Positions 56,950-64,000 of a stretch of DNA of 64,000 nt are shown piece after piece. The stretch is taken from assembly GCA_013815775.1 (NCBI GenBank), contig JACDFN010000001.1, positions 241,858 through 305,857 of the forward strand, in the 5' to 3' direction. Within the stretch, counting starts at the first letter, position 1. The number at the start of each line of letters is the position of its first letter. A program made the position numbers and the translations under genes. Under the pieces are notes generated by a model that was not told the origin of the DNA, made no database searches, and saw only the letters and a list, made by a program, of their open reading frames with translations. This DNA comes from Candidatus Saccharimonadota bacterium (GTDB lineage Bacteria > Patescibacteriota > Saccharimonadia > Saccharimonadales > UBA10212).

Positions 56950-57157
56950 TATACTCGACTAGTCAAGTAATTATTAAAGTTCGGGCATAAGACGACGACC
57001 TGATAGCGAGCGTCAAAAGCACAGCATCTAAGCCGCGGACCTGTCGAGCAGCTCTTATAGAATCAACAAGAGCGAGACCGACCAAAGGGAGTTCCGCAGG
57101 CTGTTGTGCTTTTCGACAGGGGAGTGAATCAAGTTGGTGTCGCGCCCGAGAGTTTTA

Positions 57158-57190
57158 CTACTTTGGCGGTCCAAAGTAGAGATTTGTTTG
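57158..57190 (+). terminator. terminator-like hairpin 35 nt upstream of trmD (9-bp stem ctactttgg/ccaaagtag, U-rich tail)
   Basis: Read directly from the sequence. Confidence 0.4.
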
Positions 57191-57222
57191 ATAACACTTT
57201 ACTAAAGTGAGAAAATCTTAGA

Positions 57223-57876
57223 ATGAAGATTCAAATTATTAGCTTATTTCCGGAGATGTTTGAGGGCGTGCTTGGCAGCAGCATGCTCTGGAAAGCCCAG
57301 AAAAACAAACTCGTAAATTACGAACTTATAAATTTACGAGATTTTGGAATCGGTCCCCGCCGTACTGTCGATGATATACCATACGGCGGCGGCGACGGCA
57401 TGGTACTTAAACCTGAGCCTCTATTCGCAGCAGTTGAACACGCCAAGAAAGTAGACCCCTTGGCTAACGTCATATTAATGACCCCGCGCGGAAATAAACT
57501 TAGGCAATCCACGGCCCAAGAACTAGCGATACAAAAAGGGCTTATTATTATTTGTGGCCGTTACGAGGGTTATGATGAGCGCATTACGGAGCTAGTTGAT
57601 TTACAACTCTCGATCGGTGACTATATCCTTACTGGCGGCGAGCTTCCAGCCATGATAGTAGTAGATTCGATGGTCAGATTAATTCCTGGTGTGCTTGGAG
57701 GTGAAACTAGTACCGAATTAGAAAGTTTTACGGACCCAGAGACGATCGAACACCCGCACTATACTCGGCCCGAAAACTTTCAAGGAAGACAGGTTCCAAA
57801 AGTATTACTGGGCGGAAACCATTCCGAGATAGAAGCGTGGCGCCATAGCCAACAAAAAAAGACTTCAAGTGACTAA
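57223..57876 (+). CDS. trmD: tRNA (guanine37-N1)-methyltransferase TrmD
   Basis: SPOUT knot motifs (IISLFPEMF; GGGDGMVL; IICGRYEGYDERI). Confidence 0.9.
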   Translation: MKIQIISLFPEMFEGVLGSSMLWKAQKNKLVNYELINLRDFGIGPRRTVDDIPYGGGDGMVLKPEPLFAAVEHAKKVDPLANVILMTPRGNKLRQSTAQELAIQKGLIIICGRYEGYDERITELVDLQLSIGDYILTGGELPAMIVVDSMVRLIPGVLGGETSTELESFTDPETIEHPHYTRPENFQGRQVPKVLLGGNHSEIEAWRHSQQKKTSSD

Positions 57877-57938
57877 TAACAACTTGCCAGTTGAAGTCAA
57901 AAAGATTATAAAAAGGGGATAACCTAAGGAGGAGAAAA

Positions 57939-58439
57939 ATGAAGAAAATAGACAACCGTTCAAGGCAGTGGAAAGTTAGCACAGTTGATCCTCCCATGCT
58001 AACTCGCCAAGAGTGGGTTATGGCAAATCTGCTGGGCGGACTATTTATTCTTACGGCACTTCTACAGCTAATAAGTTTTGGCGAATTTGCTGACATACTA
58101 AAGCCAATGGGATTGCCCGGTCCCGGGGTCTGGGCTGCTGCGGCAATAGGGGCCGAGCTTCTAGCCGCGGCTAGTTTATTCCGGCTAAAGCTTAGCTACC
58201 TTTTTCGTTTAGTGGCTGGCGCTTCTGCTCTTTTGGTAAGCGGTTTTTGGTTTGTCTTGTCTGCTCAGAACCTAGCCACAGGCAGAGAGCAACTACCCAG
58301 TAGCGGATTGTTTGGTGGTTTCTTTAACCAATCGCCGGGATGGTGGGTAATAGTAGAGGTAACGGTGCTTATGTTTTCCACAATCTATGTAGTGGCCTTA
58401 ACTCGCTACATTATAGTTACTCCCCTAAAACGTAAATAA
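57939..58439 (+). CDS. hypothetical 4-TM membrane protein
   Basis: 166 aa, hydrophobic. Confidence 0.5.
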   Translation: MKKIDNRSRQWKVSTVDPPMLTRQEWVMANLLGGLFILTALLQLISFGEFADILKPMGLPGPGVWAAAAIGAELLAAASLFRLKLSYLFRLVAGASALLVSGFWFVLSAQNLATGREQLPSSGLFGGFFNQSPGWWVIVEVTVLMFSTIYVVALTRYIIVTPLKRK

Positions 58440-58452
58440 AGGAGAATCCCTC

Positions 58453-59049
58453 ATGTTTAAGTTACCAGAACTTGGTTATAGCTTTGATGCGCTTGAACCG
58501 CACATCGACAAAGAAACCATGCAAATACACTACGGCAAACACCATCAGGCTTACGTGGATAAGCTAAACGATGCAATTGTCAATCATAACGATTTACTAG
58601 ATAAACCAATTGAAGAATTATTAACTAACACTAACGCAGCTGCGGAAAACATTCGACAAGCCGTTATTAATAATGCTGGTGGCCACCACAACCACAGTTT
58701 GTTTTGGGAAACCATGAGGCCAACTTCGTCTCATGACTCCCATTCACATTTGGCTGAAGCCCTTAAGAAAACTTTTGGCAGCCTAGAGAACTTCAAGGCC
58801 AAGTTTACTGACGTGGCAGTTGGTCGATTTGGCTCAGGTTGGGCCTGGCTGGTAGACGAGGGCGGCAAACTCGAGGTTTACTCAACAGCTAATCAGGATA
58901 GTCCTTTGACGGAGGGGAAGAATCCTATATTAGGCCTAGATGTTTGGGAGCACGCTTATTATTTAAAATATCAAAATAAAAGGCCGGACTATATAGCAGC
59001 GTTTTGGAATGTCGTTAATTGGGACGCTGTCGGTACTAGAATTACTTAA
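58453..59049 (+). CDS. sodA: Fe/Mn superoxide dismutase
   Basis: [26 protein letters not shown] and DVWEHAYYL. Confidence 0.9.
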   Translation: MFKLPELGYSFDALEPHIDKETMQIHYGKHHQAYVDKLNDAIVNHNDLLDKPIEELLTNTNAAAENIRQAVINNAGGHHNHSLFWETMRPTSSHDSHSHLAEALKKTFGSLENFKAKFTDVAVGRFGSGWAWLVDEGGKLEVYSTANQDSPLTEGKNPILGLDVWEHAYYLKYQNKRPDYIAAFWNVVNWDAVGTRIT

Positions 59050-59120
59050 CACGTGAAGTATTCCTAAAGAGGAGTTCGTTCATTAACGGCTCAAATTAAG
59101 CTATAATAACCTAGTATTAT

Positions 59121-59194
59121 TGGGACGTGGCCAAGCGGTAAGGCACTGGGTTCTGGTCCCAGGATCGTAGGTTCGAATCCTACCGTCCCAGCCA
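59121..59194 (+). tRNA. tRNA-Gln(CUG) with U1:A72
   Basis: Acceptor TGGGACG/CGTCCCA, anticodon loop UUCUGGU, T-arm GTAGG-TTCGAAT-CCTAC, GCCA end. Confidence 0.85.
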
Positions 59195-59253
59195 GTTTAG
59201 ATTTAATTTAGTCCCGACTCTGGAAAATTCAGGCTTGGTTTAGGGTTGGATTA

Positions 59254-59631
59254 TTATGAAAGCTGTGTCTTTTGCCTGGAATTGCTGATAAAGTACACGC
59301 CTAGGCCCGCTACGCCGAGCGAAAGATGAATCAGGTTGTCCAGCAGGCTGTAGTCGTGACGCAAAAAGCCTAGCAAGCCAGGCGAAATAACCCCAGCGAT
59401 ACCCACGAATAAGTACACTGCTCCTAGCAGTCCAACAACAGTGGAAGCCACTTTTTCGGACTTTTTAAAACCAACCAATGCCATTAACCCGCCGCTAAAC
59501 AGGTGGATTAGGTCTTCCTGAATATCAATGTTTAGTATGCCCAGCAGTGGTTCTTCGCCCAACGCGAAACCGAGCGCGGCGATAATTAGTAAAGTCACCC
59601 CTACAATTTGGGCGTATTTTTTAGCTCTCAT
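59254..59631 (-). CDS. hypothetical 4-TM membrane protein
   Basis: 125 aa, hydrophobic. Confidence 0.5.
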   Translation of the reverse strand: MRAKKYAQIVGVTLLIIAALGFALGEEPLLGILNIDIQEDLIHLFSGGLMALVGFKKSEKVASTVVGLLGAVYLFVGIAGVISPGLLGFLRHDYSLLDNLIHLSLGVAGLGVYFISNSRQKTQLS

Positions 59632-59646
59632 ATTATTAGCCTTTCT

Positions 59647-60873
59647 TCATTTAGTTAATTCTTTAGCGATGACGCGCGGAATCGACATTACCGGTTTAAG
59701 ACGCATAGAGTTGAAAACTGGTGCCCAGGGATTAGCCTGCTTGGTTATCAAATCATGCAGAATCGTGCCGGCGACCATACTGGTGCTAAGCCCCCACTTT
59801 TTAAACCCAGTCGCCACGTACATGTGAGAAGACCACGGATACAACTTGCCGATTAAGGGAATATCATCATAGGCCAGGTAGTCCATACCTTTCCAGCGGT
59901 AGGAAATTGACTTAGCCCCAAAGTGTTTTTCGGCGTAGTCTGCTAGTTGCTGGTGCCGCCTGGTGGGACTGCCTAAACCCGGGATGTGGTTTTGGCCGCC
60001 AATTAAAAGCAGCCGCTCAGCTCCCATTTCTACTGGCAAAATCGAGTAGTGGTCTTCGTCCGGAGAAATATACATGCCGGTTAGACTTTTTTCTAGGGGC
60101 GCGGCCACGATGTATGAAGTGTGCGGGTATTCCAAGGCAGCGTAGGCGCCACGGGCGATAAGTGGGAAGGCCGGTATTTTCGAGGCTATGATGATGTCTT
60201 TGGCGATTACGTCGGCGTGTTTTGTGCGGACTTTGCCAGGCGTGCCATCTCTCATACCTACCGCGTTGCTGCGCTCGAAGACATAGCTGCCCTGTCCATT
60301 CACGGCTGCTGCCAGCCCCTGCATATATTTTTGAATGTGGAATTTAGCTTGATTCGCGAACTTTACCGCACCCTTAACTTTAAATGGCAAGGTTAGCCGG
60401 GTCTCAAAACTGGCTGGCAATCCCAGGCCGGCTGCTAGCGCCGCCTCTTTTTTGAACTTGGCAAGCTGCTGAGGATCGGCGGTAAATACGAAGTTATCAT
60501 CACGCTGCCAATCGCAATCTATCTTTTCTTTATGAATAAGCTGCTCAATGCGTTCCAGGGCCGTTTGGTTAGCCTCACCATATATTCGCGCCGTCTTTTT
60601 ACCGTGGTGTTTGCTCAAATCTGTATAAGTAAGGCCGTGTTGGGAAGTAACTTTACCCGTTGTCTTACTGGATGTGCCGCTGCCAATCGTATTTTTCTCA
60701 AGAACGGCTACTTTTTGTCCCGATTGCTTCAGCAAATGAGCAGCCGTAAGCCCGGTGATACCGCCTCCCACAATTACCACATCGACACTCAAATCTTCTT
60801 GTATTTGCTCGTAACTGGGGCCAGAAACACTATTTTTCCAGTAGGATAGTTCATCATTGGGGAGCTTTAACAT
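59647..60873 (-). CDS. FAD-dependent oxidoreductase (DAO/glycine-oxidase-like)
   Basis: N-terminal Rossmann VVIVGGGITGLTAAHLL. Confidence 0.75.
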   Translation of the reverse strand: MLKLPNDELSYWKNSVSGPSYEQIQEDLSVDVVIVGGGITGLTAAHLLKQSGQKVAVLEKNTIGSGTSSKTTGKVTSQHGLTYTDLSKHHGKKTARIYGEANQTALERIEQLIHKEKIDCDWQRDDNFVFTADPQQLAKFKKEAALAAGLGLPASFETRLTLPFKVKGAVKFANQAKFHIQKYMQGLAAAVNGQGSYVFERSNAVGMRDGTPGKVRTKHADVIAKDIIIASKIPAFPLIARGAYAALEYPHTSYIVAAPLEKSLTGMYISPDEDHYSILPVEMGAERLLLIGGQNHIPGLGSPTRRHQQLADYAEKHFGAKSISYRWKGMDYLAYDDIPLIGKLYPWSSHMYVATGFKKWGLSTSMVAGTILHDLITKQANPWAPVFNSMRLKPVMSIPRVIAKELTK

Positions 60874-60922
60874 AGCCCTAGTCTATCTTGAACTAAAGCG
60901 ACAGTTAGCGAAATATTTCACA

Positions 60923-61225
60923 CTATAAAGCTTTTAATCCAGGGCCCCGGTAGTTAAGCGCTTGAGTTTTATTGTACCGGTTACGCCAATTAATGTGCTC
61001 TTTTTCCAGTTCTGCTATTTCATTAGCCCTTTCTTCGGTTAGTATTGCAACCTTCTGCTCAAAAATAGCCTGACGAGCTGCTTTCCATCCGTGCCTTGTG
61101 CCGTATGACTGCGCAGTAGATTCAGAAATGCCGTAACGATGGGCAACCAATGAATAACTTACATTTACTCCGCTCATGTAAGAAATTTTTGCGAACCAGA
61201 TGTAGTTTGGATGTACCAGACCCAC
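60923..61225 (-). CDS. small putative HTH DNA-binding protein (start uncertain)
   Basis: YSLVAHRYGISESTAQSYGTRHGW resembles an HTH recognition-helix region. Confidence 0.3.
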   Translation of the reverse strand: MGLVHPNYIWFAKISYMSGVNVSYSLVAHRYGISESTAQSYGTRHGWKAARQAIFEQKVAILTEERANEIAELEKEHINWRNRYNKTQALNYRGPGLKAL

Positions 61226-61298
61226 GTTCCCAGCCAGTATTTTTCACAGACTACTTAAAACTGCTTTGAGTACAATGCTAGGGCAGTAAGGAGTAGTA

Positions 61299-61913
61299 AT
61301 GGCAAATAAGATACGCTCATCTGAAAAGTCACTCGAACCTTTAATTGATGTTTTCGAGGCAATTAGGCGGGCTATGATTCGCCACGGTCGTTTTCGACAA
61401 AAGCCAAAAACTAGAATCTCTACTTCTTCGGGGGCTGACACTAAGACTGCCGTCGCAGATAAACATACCGACCAATCTAAGGCTGAAGCTAAAGAAAACG
61501 GGCCTGATGAACTAGTAGATGTAACCGAAAAGGCTCACGAGATACTTTTCAAAGGTGATACAGTTTTCCCTTTTAACCTTTTTCCGGATACCATCACACT
61601 CGATAGAGAAAAGATTACTATCGCCAAGCGCTTCTTTTTCTCTGTTGCTAAAATTACCAGTGTGCCGGTTCGGGACATTTTAAGCGTCGAGGCCGATATA
61701 GGCCCTTTTTTCGGCTCTATACATATAGCTTCGAGGTATTTTGTAACTAACCCATCTGTCGTTACTTTTTTATGGCGAAAAGACACCCTACGATTACAGC
61801 GCTTACTGCAGGGCTATATTATTGCTCATGAGCGGAAACTAGATTGTTCTAACATTCCTACAGATGAACTAATAAAGATATTAGACGATCTTGGTCAAGG
61901 CGACACCGATTAA
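61299..61913 (+). CDS. hypothetical protein
   Basis: 204 aa, soluble, no recognised domain. Confidence 0.5.
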   Translation: MANKIRSSEKSLEPLIDVFEAIRRAMIRHGRFRQKPKTRISTSSGADTKTAVADKHTDQSKAEAKENGPDELVDVTEKAHEILFKGDTVFPFNLFPDTITLDREKITIAKRFFFSVAKITSVPVRDILSVEADIGPFFGSIHIASRYFVTNPSVVTFLWRKDTLRLQRLLQGYIIAHERKLDCSNIPTDELIKILDDLGQGDTD

Positions 61914-61939
61914 AGTAAGTAACGTGACCTATAGTTGCG

Positions 61940-63265
61940 CTATTTTTTATCAGAGGGGCTTGCCATAGTATCTGCGTTAGTGCGCAGGGCACGGCTTTTC
62001 AATAAGAAAGGTACAGACAGTACTTGTATTACGCCGCCAATAGCAAGCGATGTGCCATAGCTCCAGACATCAGCTGCACGACCAAGTGCTGGTTGAATTA
62101 CAACACCACCGCTGCTGCCAATAAGCGAATCGAACGACAATACGGTGGCCCTCTGTTTAGAAGGAATAAGGCCGTTTAAGTAAGCTTGCCGTATCGGTAT
62201 GCTTGCTGCATACATTAACCCCCATAAAGCCAACAGCACTAATGCAGCCATAAAGTTATTTACAAAACCAAGCACTACTAATGCGGTAGAGCTAATAATT
62301 GCCCCCAAAATAAGGGCCGATGTACGGCGGTGGAACAAGCCCCTAATTTTAGGCGCAAAGTAACCTCCCAAAATCTGAGAACCGGCCACTATTGCCGCGG
62401 CCAAACCAGCCACCGAGTAAGCCTCAGGGTTACCGTAAAGATCAAGTAGGAATGGCTGGAGAGCATAAAAGGTATAGAAACCTACGCCGGATATAAATGG
62501 TGCGGAGAGCATTATCCAGCGTACGGGAGGGTTCCTGAGCCCATGGTCGAGGGATGTAATGAACACTTTTTTGGTTGCTTGGAGTGGTTTTTGCCTAGAT
62601 TCAGGCTTAAAGCCCAAATCTTTCATAAGTGTGTAAGCCACCATAAACATTAAACCGAGTACGACAACTCGTATCAAAAAAGGAACTCCAAGCGAGGTAG
62701 CTTGGGCAATAACTCCGCCAGCCACTGACCCGCCAAGCATTGCTGCTCCGCTAACCATTTGAGCTCGGCCGAATACGGCTTCTAAATTGCCCTTAAAATT
62801 AGCGAAGTGCAAGGCATCGACTAGCCATGCCTCTACTGCTCCCGAAAAAAACGTAAAACCAAGCCCAAGCAGCGCTGAGACAACCGCCCATTGCCAAAAC
62901 GGAGCATGGAGCTGCCAAAGAAAGTAGTATAAGAGGGTGGAGCCGGCTAAAGTTATAGTTCCCAGAAGATAGGATGTCCTCCTACCCCACGTATCAGCGA
63001 TTACTCCGGTGGGAACCTCAAAAATCACCATACCTGCCGTAAAGAACGCGTTGGCAGCGAAAGCCTCTAAATTACTTAGCCCTGCATCTAGCAAAAAAAG
63101 CGTATTTATTCCCCAAATAAAGGAAGCCGCTAAAGTATTACCAAGAGTGAGTATTAAATATGTGCGCTGGGTACGGCGCGCCAGCTGATTCATGGCTTTA
63201 ATTGTAGCAGGCTGAGGTAATTTATTAGTAAATATATCCCCTTGACTAAGATGATGATTAGCCAT
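61940..63265 (-). CDS. MFS transporter
   Basis: 441 aa, ~12 TM, MFS loop motif GVIADTWGRR. Confidence 0.85.
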   Translation of the reverse strand: MANHHLSQGDIFTNKLPQPATIKAMNQLARRTQRTYLILTLGNTLAASFIWGINTLFLLDAGLSNLEAFAANAFFTAGMVIFEVPTGVIADTWGRRTSYLLGTITLAGSTLLYYFLWQLHAPFWQWAVVSALLGLGFTFFSGAVEAWLVDALHFANFKGNLEAVFGRAQMVSGAAMLGGSVAGGVIAQATSLGVPFLIRVVVLGLMFMVAYTLMKDLGFKPESRQKPLQATKKVFITSLDHGLRNPPVRWIMLSAPFISGVGFYTFYALQPFLLDLYGNPEAYSVAGLAAAIVAGSQILGGYFAPKIRGLFHRRTSALILGAIISSTALVVLGFVNNFMAALVLLALWGLMYAASIPIRQAYLNGLIPSKQRATVLSFDSLIGSSGGVVIQPALGRAADVWSYGTSLAIGGVIQVLSVPFLLKSRALRTNADTMASPSDKK

Positions 63266-63297
63266 AAGCTTTAAGTGTATTTAAATAGGAATAAAAA

Positions 63298-63864
63298 ATG
63301 AATAAACTCTTTATTAAACGTGTAATTTTCAGTGCTGCTGGTCTAGCTTTACTGGCAACAGGTGGACTAGTTCTATCTGGTGGCGGTTCGGCTTACGCCC
63401 AGGATACCGACAACGAGGTGGGTCAGCCAAAAACTGCGGAACAGCGAAAGGCCAAGCTAGACGCAAATAAGTTACGAGTTTGTGAGAAGCGAGAAGCATC
63501 CATCAATAAAATCATGCAGCGTATTGCCACGAGAGGCGAGAAGCAAATTGGCGTATTTAACAAAATCTCAGAGAGAACCCAGGCGTTTTACGTTAAAAAA
63601 GAAAGAACTCTAAGCAATTACGACGCATTGGTAGCAGATGTTAATGCTAAGAAAGTTGCCGCAGAGACTGCACTGGCCGAAATTAAAGCGACTATTGTAG
63701 ATTTTAAATGTGATGGCACTGACCCACACGGAAAAAGCCAATTGTTTAAAGATAACCTGAAAAAAGAAATTGCAGCCCTAAAAGACTATAAGACAGCCGT
63801 AAAGAATTTAATCAGGGGCGTTAAATCGGCAAATTCAAGCTCAACCAAAGAAGAGAGTCAATAA
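63298..63864 (+). CDS. secreted coiled-coil hypothetical protein
   Basis: Signal peptide, K/E-rich helical body, two Cys. Confidence 0.55.
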   Translation: MNKLFIKRVIFSAAGLALLATGGLVLSGGGSAYAQDTDNEVGQPKTAEQRKAKLDANKLRVCEKREASINKIMQRIATRGEKQIGVFNKISERTQAFYVKKERTLSNYDALVADVNAKKVAAETALAEIKATIVDFKCDGTDPHGKSQLFKDNLKKEIAALKDYKTAVKNLIRGVKSANSSSTKEESQ

Positions 63865-64000
63865 TGAAGACATATCATAAACAATCCGGAATGGCTGGTT
63901 TGGAAATATTGCTCATAGCAGCAGTAGTAGGACTGATTGGATTTGTGGGTTATAGGGTTTACGACTCGGGAAGAACAGTGGACGATCAATATAATAAAAA
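63864..64000 (+). CDS. prepilin-like (type IV pilin / pseudopilin N-terminal domain) protein, 3'-truncated at window edge
   Basis: MKTYHKQSG|MAGLEILLIAAVVGLIGFVG: a basic leader ending in Gly, then a hydrophobic helix with Glu at +5, as in class-III signal peptides. Confidence 0.4.
   Translation, partial: MKTYHKQSGMAGLEILLIAAVVGLIGFVGYRVYDSGRTVDDQYNK

Overview
This 64-kb window reads as chromosomal DNA from a small-genome, moderate-GC (~45%) bacterium. Three housekeeping genes are minimalist versions: a 640-aa AlaRS without the C-Ala domain, a 504-aa UvrC, and a MurF that starts at its ATPase domain. Together with many small hypothetical membrane and secreted proteins and often weak RBSs, this is most consistent with a Patescibacteria/CPR (Saccharibacteria-like) organism. 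That lineage call is inference only. Most of the window is housekeeping: mnmA (5' partial), alaS, an ftsA-like gene, ruvX, mltG, a LysM-CHAP hydrolase, obg, sbcB, uvrA, uvrC, rplY, secG, an OppA-like SBP, lemA-htpX, ligA, murF-ddl, leuS, rpmF, nusB, a NUDIX gene, rnc, rpsP, a KH-protein gene, trmD, sodA and an MFS transporter. I find 10 tRNA genes in five loci: Cys-Leu(UAA) abutting with no spacer, Gly, Phe-Leu(GAG)-Val, Leu(CAG), Ala(CGC), Ala(GGC) and Gln. The stretch at ~23.2-31.7 kb looks accessory. It carries an AbrB-like regulator, a small TM peptide and a MacB-type ABC exporter between 57-bp direct repeats. It also carries two copies of a ~100-nt conserved leader element and a disulfide-reductase/CxxC redox module. 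A 0.5-kb, ~62%-GC single-gene island with a very high GC3, actinobacterial-like codon signature sits beside the Phe-Leu-Val tRNA cluster (34.9-35.4 kb). Other items are a CsoR-controlled putative copper module (DUF4396-csoR-DUF305-DUF3105) with a textbook-like operator, an orphan promoter-to-terminator ~150-nt structured RNA after ligA, and several sub-60-aa ORFs missed by the track (rpmF and three small TM peptides). No CRISPR array, rRNA, integrase or transposase was seen.
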